A stretch of DNA of 64,000 nt from Gammaproteobacteria bacterium (GTDB lineage Bacteria; Pseudomonadota; Gammaproteobacteria; Eutrophobiales; Eutrophobiaceae), in NCBI GenBank assembly GCA_028279365.1, contig JANQNX010000010.1:20206-84205 (forward strand), written 5' to 3'. Below are positions 49,397-59,437 of this stretch, in pieces; within the stretch, counting starts at the first letter, position 1, and the number at the start of each line of letters is the position of its first letter. The position numbers and the translations under genes were made by a program. Under the pieces are notes generated by a model. The model was not told the origin of the DNA. It searched no databases and saw only the letters and a list, made by a program, of their open reading frames with translations.

Positions 49397-50410
49397 CTAA
49401 ACCATCTCTTCATCACCGCCACCACCCAAAGTAATTTGTCCTTCATCGGCCAGACGACGGGCGATAGTCAGTATTTCTTTTTGTGCAACTTCAACTTCAC
49501 TGAGTTTAACCGGACCTTTTGCTTCCAGATCATCGCGTAGCATTTCAGCTGCACGTTTGGACATATTGGCAAAGATTTTTTCTTTTAACTCATCGTCAGC
49601 CATTTTCATTGCTAACAATAAATTATCGGTAGAGACTTCTCGCAGGATAGTTTGCATTGAACGATCATCAACACTGATCAGATTATCAAACACGAACATC
49701 AGATCCTGTATTTCCTGGCCCAGATCTTCGTCGACTTCTTTAATCTTTTCCATGATGATCGATTCGGAACTGGAATCGACAAAGTTGAGTATATCCGCTG
49801 CGGCCTTGGTACCACCAATAGTTGAAGACTGTACACCACTGCCACCGCGTAACTGCTTTTCCAGTGTTTCATTTAATTCTCTCATCGCGGCAGGTTGAAC
49901 ACTTTCGAGCGTGGCGATTCGTAATAAAAGATCAGAGCGGACCTTTTCAGGGAAGAAAGAAATAATCTCGGCCGACATATCACTTTCCAGATAAGACAAT
50001 ATGATGGCAATAATTTGCGGGTGTTCATTAGCAATCAGATCGGCAATCGATTTTGGATTCATCCATTTCAGTGCTTCCAGTCCTTTGGAATTACCCCCGA
50101 GTAAAATACGATCAATGACACCTGCCGCTTTTTCTTCTCCCAAGGCACTGTACAGCACATTCCTGACATAATCATCGACACCAACACCCAGAGCGGTCTG
50201 TTGTTCAACCGTGTTCATAAATTCGCTGATGACCTTATTCACCATTTCCTTGGTCAGGTCTTTGACTGATGTCATGGCAACACCAATCCGCTGGACTTCC
50301 TTTGGACCCATATGTTTGAGCACTTCGGCCGCGGAATCCTCACCAATCGTCATTAACAACACCGCCGCTTTTTGGGTCGGGTCGAGACTATTCCCTTTTG
50401 CTGTTGCCAC
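49397..50410 (-). CDS. fliG: Flagellar motor switch protein FliG
   Basis: 337 aa. GGG linker region (…ARRLADEGQITLGGGG), charged torque helix. Confidence 0.95.
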   Translation of the reverse strand: MATAKGNSLDPTQKAAVLLMTIGEDSAAEVLKHMGPKEVQRIGVAMTSVKDLTKEMVNKVISEFMNTVEQQTALGVGVDDYVRNVLYSALGEEKAAGVIDRILLGGNSKGLEALKWMNPKSIADLIANEHPQIIAIILSYLESDMSAEIISFFPEKVRSDLLLRIATLESVQPAAMRELNETLEKQLRGGSGVQSSTIGGTKAAADILNFVDSSSESIIMEKIKEVDEDLGQEIQDLMFVFDNLISVDDRSMQTILREVSTDNLLLAMKMADDELKEKIFANMSKRAAEMLRDDLEAKGPVKLSEVEVAQKEILTIARRLADEGQITLGGGGDEEMV

Positions 50411-52041
50411 TACTCTTCACCAACCCAGTTGCGAACTACTTGCGCCGCAAGTTTTGGGTCGTTGGATACGACATCCTTTACGTTCTCAATCGATGAATCG
50501 AAACCCGAGCTTGATGGTAATTCCTTGGTGCCAGCATTACTGGTTTGATTATCAAGACTCTCGTCTGTCAATTGACCAGTATTATTCGGTGCGGCTAGTG
50601 CTGATTGATGCAATGTGATTTCTTTATTCATCATATTTTTTATTGCCGGTTTCAAGATGCCGAACAACACAAACAGCACAAACAACGCACCGACAGCCTG
50701 CTTGGCAATATCCCATACCCAGGCTTGCTGCCAGATAGGTAATTCCGGTAAGGGTTCAACTGCTTCAGGCCGGCTAAACTCGGCGTTCATGACATTAACG
50801 GTGTCACCACGCAGCGCATTAAAACCAATCGCCTCTTTAACCAGCAAGGTAATTTGATCCAGTTCTTCGGGCGTATGTTCAGTCCTGACAACCTCGCCGT
50901 TGTCATCCAGTGTTCTCTTATGATCGATGACAACTGCAACAGATAAGCGATTTAATGTACCGACTGGCGAACGTGTATGACTGATAGTTTTGTCCAATTC
51001 AAAATTTCGTGTCGCACGTTTTTGCATACTGGCACTTCGTTCGGCAGCTCGCCCATCATTTGCATCTGCGACAACTTCAGGCGCTTCCCCATCGACTGCA
51101 GGCTGGTTGGTCAACGCACCCGGCACACCGCCTGTTGCATCACCCGTCCGTGAATCCTCTTCAACACGTTCGCTACGTAAGGAAGGTGTATCGGGATTGA
51201 ATAACTCCCTGGTCTGCTCCGAATGAGTAAAATCTAGGTCGGCAGTCACTTGTGCCTTGACCCCATCCTGACCAAGAATAGGAAACAAAATATTTTCGAT
51301 ACGTTGGATATAAGAGCTCTCTACTTCATGTGTATACTGGAATTGTGTCGCGGTCATTGCCAACTCAGCGGAAGACTGTCCATGCGTCATTAATCGACCA
51401 AACTGATCAACAATACTGACATTTTTCACATCCAGACTCGGTACACTCGCGGCGACAAGATTGGCAATCGCTGCCACCTGTCCAGCCTCCAGTCGGTAGC
51501 CCGGATAAAGATCCAACAATACCGACGCACTGGTTGATTGTTTATTGCGCAGAAAGACACTTTGCTTGGGTATTGCCAGATGCACCCTGGCAGACTTGAC
51601 AGCGCTGACCTGTGCAATGGACATCGCCAGTTCAGATTCGAGCGCATGTTGATAACGTGCCTTTTCGATAAACTGGCTGGTACCCAGTTTTTGTTCGTCA
51701 TTAAGCATACCAAAACCGTTACTTGCACTTTTTGGTAATCCTTCTGCTGCCAGCTTCATCCTTGCTTCATGTACTTGTGCCGACGGCACCAACACCGCAC
51801 CGCTGGCATGGTCCAGCTTGAATTCAATATTAGCCTTTTGTAAAGCCTCAACTACTTTGGCCGAGTCTTGTCCGGATAAACTGCCATACAACAAACTGAA
51901 ATTTGGCGTTTGTGACCAGAGCACTACATAAACGGCCAATGCCACACTAGCTGCTATCGCAAATAAAAAACCAATTTGCCTGAGAAAAAGTGCGCGCTTT
52001 ACATCTGCGGGTATAACGACTGTCGCTGCTTCTGTTGCCAT
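50410..52041 (-). CDS. fliF: Flagellar MS-ring protein FliF
   Basis: 543 aa. N-terminal TM, YscJ/FliF ring-building motifs, C-terminal TM. Confidence 0.9.
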   Translation of the reverse strand: MATEAATVVIPADVKRALFLRQIGFLFAIAASVALAVYVVLWSQTPNFSLLYGSLSGQDSAKVVEALQKANIEFKLDHASGAVLVPSAQVHEARMKLAAEGLPKSASNGFGMLNDEQKLGTSQFIEKARYQHALESELAMSIAQVSAVKSARVHLAIPKQSVFLRNKQSTSASVLLDLYPGYRLEAGQVAAIANLVAASVPSLDVKNVSIVDQFGRLMTHGQSSAELAMTATQFQYTHEVESSYIQRIENILFPILGQDGVKAQVTADLDFTHSEQTRELFNPDTPSLRSERVEEDSRTGDATGGVPGALTNQPAVDGEAPEVVADANDGRAAERSASMQKRATRNFELDKTISHTRSPVGTLNRLSVAVVIDHKRTLDDNGEVVRTEHTPEELDQITLLVKEAIGFNALRGDTVNVMNAEFSRPEAVEPLPELPIWQQAWVWDIAKQAVGALFVLFVLFGILKPAIKNMMNKEITLHQSALAAPNNTGQLTDESLDNQTSNAGTKELPSSSGFDSSIENVKDVVSNDPKLAAQVVRNWVGEE

Positions 52042-52061
52042 GATTCGTACTCGCTAACAGG

Positions 52062-52382
52062 TTACACCTGCATATTCATAATTTCCTGATAGGCAGTGAC
52101 CAATCGATTTCTGACCTGTGTCATTGCCTGAAAGGCGATAGTTGATTTTTGTGAGGTAATCATCACATCGACTAAATCGACATTACTGTTACCCATCTCA
52201 AACTGTTTCTTTAACTCGCCTGCCTGCATTTGCGTTTCATTGACTTTATTCACGGCGTCCTTGAACAGGTTACTGAAATCGGGTTCTACCTGATTAGCCT
52301 TCGCTGTTTCATTAATGCTACTAGCCTTCTCGGTCATCGCCCGCATTTGCACCAGTAGTTGATCCATATTGATATCGTTCAT
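52062..52382 (-). CDS. fliE: Flagellar hook-basal body complex protein FliE
   Basis: 106 aa. C-terminal MTQVRNRLVTAYQEIMNMQV is a typical FliE end. Confidence 0.85.
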   Translation of the reverse strand: MNDINMDQLLVQMRAMTEKASSINETAKANQVEPDFSNLFKDAVNKVNETQMQAGELKKQFEMGNSNVDLVDVMITSQKSTIAFQAMTQVRNRLVTAYQEIMNMQV

Positions 52383-52418
52383 ACTGCTTTCCTTCTTAAG
52401 TTGAAATTAGTAACGTAA

Positions 52419-53762
52419 CTAAACCGGAATCGTTATGCCCTGCTCGCGCATGCGTGCGAGTTTGTAACGCAACGTGCGTGGACTAATACCCAGTTTTTCG
52501 GCAGCTGATTTTTTACTGCCCATCGTTTCTTTTAAGGTCTCAATAATGATGCTGTGTTCATGTTGCTTCATACCTTGATCTAACTTCCCATCAGATATTA
52601 TCTCTAGCGGTTCTTCAGCCTCAGTTGAGGAAAATGATTGATGTTCGAACTGTATGTCGCTGACATTTATCACGCCATTACTGTGAAGAATTAACGCACG
52701 TTGCATGACATTATCCAGTTCGCGAACATTGCCGGGCCAGGAGTACTGGCTCAGCATGGCTCTTGCCTGCTGATCGATCTCCGGCACTGCTGCAGTTGAT
52801 TGGTTGGCAGCCCTGGCCAATAAAAACTCTGCAATCGGCAAGACATCCTGTACCCGATCGCGTAACGCAGGCATCATAATTGGGAACACATTCAATCGAT
52901 AAAACAAATCTTCACGAAACTTCCCTTCGGCAATCTCCTGACGCATATTGCGATTCGATGTCGCAATCACCCTGACATTAAGTTCGATTTCATTTTGATC
53001 TCCCAAGCGCTCAACCACACGTTCCTGTAATACACGCAACAGCTTGGCCTGCAATGGCAAACTCATTTCGGATATTTCATCCAGTAATAAGGTACCGTCC
53101 TGTGCCTGTTCAAATTTTCCGGGGCAAGATTTATAAGCGCCGGTATAGGCACCCTTTTGATAACCGAATAACATTGCTTCCAGCATGTTTTCCGGTATGG
53201 CGGCACAGTTAATCGCCACAAACGGTTTATTCTTTCGGTCAGACTGGTGGTGAATATATTGAGCCAGCACTTCCTTGCCGGTGCCGCTCTCACCGGTTAT
53301 TAATAATGTAGCATCACTGCCAGCCACTTTATTTGCAAGCTCTAGTACTGCTTTGGTCTTTTCATCAATAGCAATAAAACCGGAACTGGTTTCTGATAAT
53401 ACCGTGGGGAGAAATTGACTGACTTTACTGACCAGCACTTCAGGTTGAAAGGGTTTTACCAGATAATCGACCGCACCTATTTGCAATGCATCAACCGCCT
53501 GTTGAATACTGCCATGCGCCGTCATTAACACGACCGGCAAATCGCTTTGTAAGGATTGAAGGCGGCTTAATAGCTTGATGCCATCCATACGCGCCATTTG
53601 CACGTCGCTTACCACCATATCGAAATGATCACTTTGCACCAGGCCAAGCGCGACTTCACCGTTTTCCGCGACTACCGTGTCATAACCGGCCAAGGATAAG
53701 GTTTCAGATAAGGCCTCACTTAATGACGAGTCATCCTCAACAATCAATATCTTAAAACTCAT
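52419..53762 (-). CDS. fleR: Sigma-54-dependent two-component response regulator FleR/FlrC
   Basis: Receiver + AAA+ sigma-54 interaction domain (GESGTGKE, GAFTGA) + C-terminal HTH. Confidence 0.85.
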   Translation of the reverse strand: MSFKILIVEDDSSLSEALSETLSLAGYDTVVAENGEVALGLVQSDHFDMVVSDVQMARMDGIKLLSRLQSLQSDLPVVLMTAHGSIQQAVDALQIGAVDYLVKPFQPEVLVSKVSQFLPTVLSETSSGFIAIDEKTKAVLELANKVAGSDATLLITGESGTGKEVLAQYIHHQSDRKNKPFVAINCAAIPENMLEAMLFGYQKGAYTGAYKSCPGKFEQAQDGTLLLDEISEMSLPLQAKLLRVLQERVVERLGDQNEIELNVRVIATSNRNMRQEIAEGKFREDLFYRLNVFPIMMPALRDRVQDVLPIAEFLLARAANQSTAAVPEIDQQARAMLSQYSWPGNVRELDNVMQRALILHSNGVINVSDIQFEHQSFSSTEAEEPLEIISDGKLDQGMKQHEHSIIIETLKETMGSKKSAAEKLGISPRTLRYKLARMREQGITIPV

Positions 53763-53789
53763 TATTTCCTCCTGGGTATCTTGCTTGAT

Positions 53790-54986
53790 TTATTCTTGCG
53801 AGCGTGTTGCGTCCTGATAGACAGGCAGCCTGATAACAAAGCATGCGCCATTGGAATTATCGGCTTGCAACTGAATCGTCCCGTTCATCGCCCGTATAAC
53901 AGAGTCAACAACAGCAAGCCCCAATCCGTTACCTTGCTGTCTGCCTGTTACGAAGGGTTCGAAAATACTGTCTTTAATGCCATCAGGAATACCCGGACCA
54001 TCATCGCTGACCTTGATAAAAATGTGGGTTGCACTTTCTGATAAACCAAGGTCAAATGTGATTGATACTAATTCCCGACTAGCCTGACAGCTATTATTAA
54101 TCAGGTTTTGTATGGCACTAATAAACGCATCTTTACTGAGTTCAACAAGGACATCATCACTTACGCTTGAGTGTAATTGAATTGCCAGTTGTGTTTGTTC
54201 TGTATCATGATTACGCTGAATAATATCCTGGACTAATGAATGAATCGCAACCGGTCGGGTATTTAACCTGCCACCTCTGGAAAATAACAACATCTCTTCA
54301 ACCAGTTTTTCAAGATGCTGTAATGCATTCATACTTTTCGAAATGAAACGTTTTTTTCTTACCTCATCCAGTTGCGGTGAATCCAGGTTAGACACATAAA
54401 GCAATGCTGAAGATAGCGGGGTCCTGATTTGGTGAGCCATAGCTGCGGCCATCTCACCCATCGCTGATACGCGTTTTAATCCGGAGATTTGATCCTGTAG
54501 CTGACGCGTCTCGGTCGTTTCCGTTAATAAAACGATCTGACCGGGTTGTTCTCCCAGGGACTGGGTAGAAATATTAACACTGCGGCCATCGTGCATGGTG
54601 ACATCATGACCATCGTCCCACTTGGGCCGAAACTGATCTGCAACAATTTCGCGCCAACTTTTTCCAACCAGATTATCACCCAGCAAACCCTGCGCTGCCG
54701 GATTACACTCCTGGATAATACCTTCACCCGATAACACAATAATACCGCCGGGCAATACCTCTAACAGATTTGCAAGACGATTCGCCACGCGTTCTTTCTC
54801 TTCAAACTGCTGGAGTTTTTGAGCGCGCGTGTCGGCCAGTTCCTGACTAAGTAAACTTATTTTATTTTCCAGACCTGCGTAGACTTCACTCAGGTTGGAA
54901 GAGACTTCATTGAACTGTTGAAAGGCATGTTGTAACGACTGTTTGTCGACGTTAGCTTTCAGCTTGTTAGGTTCTATGTTTGGCAT
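53790..54986 (-). CDS. fleS: Two-component sensor histidine kinase FleS/FlrB (PAS-HisKA-HATPase)
   Basis: H-box AAMAHQIRTPLS. N, G1 and G2 boxes (DDGPGIP…GNGLGLAVV). Confidence 0.8.
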   Translation of the reverse strand: MPNIEPNKLKANVDKQSLQHAFQQFNEVSSNLSEVYAGLENKISLLSQELADTRAQKLQQFEEKERVANRLANLLEVLPGGIIVLSGEGIIQECNPAAQGLLGDNLVGKSWREIVADQFRPKWDDGHDVTMHDGRSVNISTQSLGEQPGQIVLLTETTETRQLQDQISGLKRVSAMGEMAAAMAHQIRTPLSSALLYVSNLDSPQLDEVRKKRFISKSMNALQHLEKLVEEMLLFSRGGRLNTRPVAIHSLVQDIIQRNHDTEQTQLAIQLHSSVSDDVLVELSKDAFISAIQNLINNSCQASRELVSITFDLGLSESATHIFIKVSDDGPGIPDGIKDSIFEPFVTGRQQGNGLGLAVVDSVIRAMNGTIQLQADNSNGACFVIRLPVYQDATRSQE

Positions 54987-55022
54987 GCTCAGTTTGCATA
55001 AATAAATTTTATTTATGCTTGA

Positions 55023-55037
55023 GCAAGGACTATGCCA
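55023..55037 (-). promoter_or_regulatory. Sigma-54 -24/-12 promoter upstream of fleS
   Basis: Minus strand reads TGGCAT-AGTCC-TTGC, about 37 nt upstream of the fleS ATG. Confidence 0.6.
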
Positions 55038-55102
55038 TGAGATTTATCGTTACTATTTCAATCATTTACAAGCGAAACAATAAATGCGCAAACCTAAATA
55101 CG

Positions 55103-56536
55103 TCAATTTCCCGACGCGGCTTCCTTACGTTGCATACCCAACTTACGCATCTTTTCTACCAGGGTAGTACGTCCCATGTTTAAACGCTTGGCTGCATGGG
55201 CAACCACGCCGTTTGATTCATCCAGCGCCTGTTTAATCAAACTAAACTCAATTGAATTAATATGATCACGCAGATCAACGCCTGATTTGGGTAGCCGCGG
55301 CATACGCATCTGTGCATCGGCATCGAATTCAGTTTCGATAACCGAGTCAGGCTGTTCCAATATATCTTTCGATTGATATTTTTCCGGTAGATCGTGCACA
55401 TCCACAATACCATTAGGATAAAGAATCGATAAACGTTCAATCAGGTTAGCCAGTTCGCGTACGTTACCAGGCCATTGGTATTCTGATAATGACGCAATCG
55501 CGGCATTAGTCAGTTTAATACCGACATTACCTTCATGTTGTAAACGCTCGATCAGATCACTGATCAACATCGGTAAGTCATCAGTCCTATCCTGCAAGGC
55601 TGGCATTTCTATTGGAAAGACATTTAACCGATAAAACAGGTCTTCGCGGAAACGACCTGTCGTGATTGCATCCTCAAGATCAACATGCGTGGCTGCAATA
55701 ATACGTACATCGGCAACAATGCTTTTGTTACTTCCTACCCGTTCAAAGGTACGCTCCTGCAATACACGTAACAGTTTAACCTGCATGTTCAGGCTCATAT
55801 CGCCTATCTCATCCAGGAACAAGGTACCGCCCTTGGCCATCTCGAAACGCCCTTGCCGTGCGGTTATCGCCCCGGTAAACGCACCTTTTTCATGGCCAAA
55901 CAATTCACTCTCCAACAAATCAGACGGGATCGCGCCGCAGTTGATCGGGACAAAGGGTTTGTTTCTTCGTGAAGACTGATAGTGAATATTGCGTGCAACG
56001 ACTTCTTTACCCGAGCCCGAGTCGCCCATGATTAATACATTAGCATCGGTATCGGCAACCTTATCGACCATACGTCTGACTTTTTTGATCGACTTGCTGT
56101 TTCCACCCAAACTCCTGAACAATTCCATAGAGCGCGGGCTGCCATCTTCATGTCGGGTCTCCCTATACACCTGCACTTGTTGCAGGCTGGTTTCCAGTTG
56201 TTTATGTCTCAGCGGTATATCAACAGTGGTAATACTGCCAATATCCAGTTCTTGATTGAAGCGTTTCCTGTCAGTGGTGTCATGTAACAAGATAACCGGG
56301 AGATAATTATCTACTGATTTGATATCCCTGAATACAGTGAGCGATTGTTTAGCTGTACCGCAGTTGCCAAGCATGATCATCATGACATGTTCCACCTTGT
56401 CATAACGGTTACGCCAATCAGACGGTTCGTTTGCCTGTATACAGGTGTAGCCCATGAATTCCATAATGGACGTGACATGATTACGGACTTTGGTATCCGT
56501 TTCTATGATAATGACAGTATTAGATACGCTGTCCAA
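55103..56536 (-). CDS. fleQ: Flagellar master regulator FleQ/FlrA (sigma-54-dependent activator with atypical receiver-like N-domain)
   Basis: 477 aa. AAA+ [30 protein letters not shown]-terminal HTH. Confidence 0.85.
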   Translation of the reverse strand: MDSVSNTVIIIETDTKVRNHVTSIMEFMGYTCIQANEPSDWRNRYDKVEHVMMIMLGNCGTAKQSLTVFRDIKSVDNYLPVILLHDTTDRKRFNQELDIGSITTVDIPLRHKQLETSLQQVQVYRETRHEDGSPRSMELFRSLGGNSKSIKKVRRMVDKVADTDANVLIMGDSGSGKEVVARNIHYQSSRRNKPFVPINCGAIPSDLLESELFGHEKGAFTGAITARQGRFEMAKGGTLFLDEIGDMSLNMQVKLLRVLQERTFERVGSNKSIVADVRIIAATHVDLEDAITTGRFREDLFYRLNVFPIEMPALQDRTDDLPMLISDLIERLQHEGNVGIKLTNAAIASLSEYQWPGNVRELANLIERLSILYPNGIVDVHDLPEKYQSKDILEQPDSVIETEFDADAQMRMPRLPKSGVDLRDHINSIEFSLIKQALDESNGVVAHAAKRLNMGRTTLVEKMRKLGMQRKEAASGN

Positions 56537-56682
56537 AGCGCTCTCCCCTTTTTATAAATACCGTGTTGTTCTATTACAGTAAATCAGGCAAAGCGAATAT
56601 TGTCAAAATTTTGTCATTACAATTCCATGACAATGGGAATATTTCAGGGAAAAGTCTATCGCTGTGAATGGATGATTTAAGC

Positions 56683-56997
56683 CTAATAATGATTTTGTGG
56701 GTAGGCTTTTTTCATTCTTTTTCCACGCTTTAACTGCTTTACCTGATCTAACAGTTCATGCCGCCTTTGTTCGACAATCGTGATCATTTCCTGGTGTCTT
56801 TTCATCAGGTCTGTAAGCTGTTGCAGTCGTTGTTGCGTCAACAAATCAGGGTCAACCAGCGTGAATTCCGCTTCAATTGTCTTGCGATAGGTGTCTATTT
56901 GCGTCAGCAAAGACTCATTGGACAAATCATTGACACCTGCAATGATGGATTCGCTGAGCTTTTCTATGATGGACAGGTTTTCCGCCTGCTTCAACAT
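56683..56997 (-). CDS. Small coiled-coil protein in the FliT/FleP position after fliS
   Basis: 104 aa. Position-based call only. Confidence 0.35.
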   Translation of the reverse strand: MLKQAENLSIIEKLSESIIAGVNDLSNESLLTQIDTYRKTIEAEFTLVDPDLLTQQRLQQLTDLMKRHQEMITIVEQRRHELLDQVKQLKRGKRMKKAYPQNHY

Positions 56998-57015
56998 CGA
57001 CCGGTAATCCTCTAA

Positions 57016-57459
57016 TCAGGCAGCGGGTACCATCTTTTTAGGTTCGGCTTGCGAAGCTTGATTGGCTTGATCCTTAATCCCATCCCAACCAAACTTGATT
57101 TCCATCAACAAACCATGCACTTCATCCAGTTTTTCGACAGAATTATGTAAATTAGCTTCCATTAATTTATACGTCATATATTCATAAAGGCTTTCAAGGT
57201 TTTCCGCTATTTCACCGCCTTGCTTCATATCCAGACTGGTTCTCAATCCTTCAATGATAGAAATCGTTGTGCTGATTTCTTTTCCTTTTTGGGAAACTTC
57301 GTTGGCCAACATATGACCCTTGGCCTTTGAAATTCTTGAAAGTGCGCCTTCCATTAACATTTGAATAAGGCGATGCGGCGAGGCATTTTCAATGCCTGAA
57401 TGTACACTGATTTTGTTGTAAGCATTAAGTGCATCAATATTCCCTACACGTCTACTCAT
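57016..57459 (-). CDS. fliS: Flagellin-specific chaperone FliS
   Basis: 147 aa. AYNKISVHSGIENASPHRLIQMLMEGALSRI is a typical FliS N-terminus. Confidence 0.9.
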   Translation of the reverse strand: MSRRVGNIDALNAYNKISVHSGIENASPHRLIQMLMEGALSRISKAKGHMLANEVSQKGKEISTTISIIEGLRTSLDMKQGGEIAENLESLYEYMTYKLMEANLHNSVEKLDEVHGLLMEIKFGWDGIKDQANQASQAEPKKMVPAA

Positions 57460-57495
57460 TATTCTTGTATCTCCATATTAAATTTAAATGTTCAT

Positions 57496-58923
57496 TTAAG
57501 AACGAGACTGATTCAAAATATTACTAAGCTGTTCAAATTGCTGAGTGAGAAAACTACTGGTTGAGTTTAACTGCGTAACAATAATGTCCAGTGAACTAAA
57601 CTGTGATAACAGTCTTGTCTCAAGACGTTCGAGTGATAGATTCAGATCCTGAAGATCAGACTGAATACCTTCTATGGTTCTGTTTAAACCGGATGTCTTA
57701 TTATCAATCAAACCTAGCGGACGCGTATATTCGAGTAACAGGTTATTAATATTCGATGCAATACCATTTGGTGAAGCAAACAATTGCTCGACTTGATCAG
57801 GAGAAGTTGTCAATGCATCGTTTAATGCTGCATTATCAATAATCAACAAACCATCCGGATTTGTTGTTATGCCAAGTTCTACCAAGGTCTGGATTGAATC
57901 GGTACTACTACTAGGCACTGACTGTGAAATTGTCGATCTGATTGAATTAGTTAACGTTCTCAACGTGACATCACCATTCAAATCACCGGATGATTGATTC
58001 TCTGGGTCGAAAAAGGTTAACTCATTATTCAGTGTAATATAGGTATTGTAGTTATTAATAAAACCACGTATCGAATTTAATATCGAATCATTATCTCTTC
58101 CGATACTCAGTTGATTAACCGTGCCCGCCTCTGCCCTGTTCAATGTCAACGTCACACCTTCAATGACGTTTTGAACAGTATTCGTGGAACTGAGTATTCT
58201 TTGTCCATCAATGAAAAGCTCGGCATCAACCGCTGCATTAATCTGCTCCATTTGTTCGGGAGCCGTGCCATCAGTCGTATCATAATAGAGTGCAGACAGG
58301 CCTGACTGATCGACATTGTTCGAATCATCATCCGTTACGTTAATAGTAATTGTATTGTCTGACCCCGTACCATTTGCGGTAAGGATTAATTTGGATTCCG
58401 TGCCACCTGAGCCATCATCAACGGATATAATGGTTGCGTTAACGCCGGTGTTATCAGTGGCATTATTTATCGCGTTTCGGATCCCAGACAGGGTCTGGTT
58501 TTCACTGTTTATCGCAACGTTAAATGAGTTACTTCCTACAGAGATGGATAATGTACCGGTACCCACGTTGGTATTACTGTCTGCAAAACCTGGTGATAAT
58601 AATCGTTGCGACTGTGCCAGTTGTCTTATTTCTATATCGTAACTGCCGGCGGGCAGACCACTGCCACCGGTTGCAGTAAAAAATTCAGTATTGCTGGAAG
58701 TCACACGGGTGGCAGAGAACGTACTGCTTAATGACAGGGTACTGGCCGAGGCTTGAAAGGTAGAAAGCGTACTTCTCACCGATCCGAAAGCTGAAATTTC
58801 ACTTTCTATCGTGGCTTGACGGTTGGCAAGTAACAAGGTCCTTGCATCACCTTCCGCTGACACCAGTCCATTAACAATAGAGTTGATATCGAGTCCTGAA
58901 CCGATACCGGGTACTGAAATCAT
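57496..58923 (-). CDS. fliD: Flagellar filament cap protein FliD
   Basis: 475 aa. N-terminal ISVPGIGSGLDINSIVNGLV and C-terminal coiled-coil. Confidence 0.85.
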   Translation of the reverse strand: MISVPGIGSGLDINSIVNGLVSAEGDARTLLLANRQATIESEISAFGSVRSTLSTFQASASTLSLSSTFSATRVTSSNTEFFTATGGSGLPAGSYDIEIRQLAQSQRLLSPGFADSNTNVGTGTLSISVGSNSFNVAINSENQTLSGIRNAINNATDNTGVNATIISVDDGSGGTESKLILTANGTGSDNTITINVTDDDSNNVDQSGLSALYYDTTDGTAPEQMEQINAAVDAELFIDGQRILSSTNTVQNVIEGVTLTLNRAEAGTVNQLSIGRDNDSILNSIRGFINNYNTYITLNNELTFFDPENQSSGDLNGDVTLRTLTNSIRSTISQSVPSSSTDSIQTLVELGITTNPDGLLIIDNAALNDALTTSPDQVEQLFASPNGIASNINNLLLEYTRPLGLIDNKTSGLNRTIEGIQSDLQDLNLSLERLETRLLSQFSSLDIIVTQLNSTSSFLTQQFEQLSNILNQSRS

Positions 58924-58974
58924 AAAAAATCCTTTTTGGTTTGGTCAATATACACTATGCAGTATTTACACCAA

Positions 58975-59352
58975 CTAGGCTTTCGCATTCACCAATGCAC
59001 CCAGGCCTTGATTAAATCGCTCTGACATACTGATAAATTCATCAGACGGAATTGTTCGAATCAAGCGTTGACTGTTACTTTCTATCACTTTGATGATCAC
59101 GTCGCCGCTTTCATCATCAACAGTAAATTGTAAATCCCTGCGAATATTTTGAACCTGTTGGTTCAACTTATCCGCGGCCTGATAAAACTGAGTTTTGGAT
59201 TCTTGACTACTTTCCCTGGTAGCAGTCGGCAATCTGTCAGCGATAGCGGTAACGTTTTGCCGGTCAACAGCCTTGTTGGGTTCAATCACCAATTCAGACT
59301 TCTGAGACTTGTTTACAATCTGTCTTGACTCTGTGGTGATATCGGTAGTCAT
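58975..59352 (-). CDS. flaG: Flagellar protein FlaG
   Basis: 125 aa. Conserved position between flagellin and fliD. C-terminal DESGDVIIKVIE motif. Confidence 0.65.
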   Translation of the reverse strand: MTTDITTESRQIVNKSQKSELVIEPNKAVDRQNVTAIADRLPTATRESSQESKTQFYQAADKLNQQVQNIRRDLQFTVDDESGDVIIKVIESNSQRLIRTIPSDEFISMSERFNQGLGALVNAKA

Positions 59353-59375
59353 AATGATGACCTCCTGAATTACTG

Positions 59376-59409
59376 GTTAAAAACGCGGTCGGGTAAATCA
59401 CCCGACCGC
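59376..59409 (-). terminator. Rho-independent terminator after the flagellin gene
   Basis: Minus strand reads GCGGTCGGGT-gattt-ACCCGACCGC followed by GTTTTT. Confidence 0.7.
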
Positions 59410-59437
59410 TTGTTGTCGCCTGCTTTCAGACTGGTTA

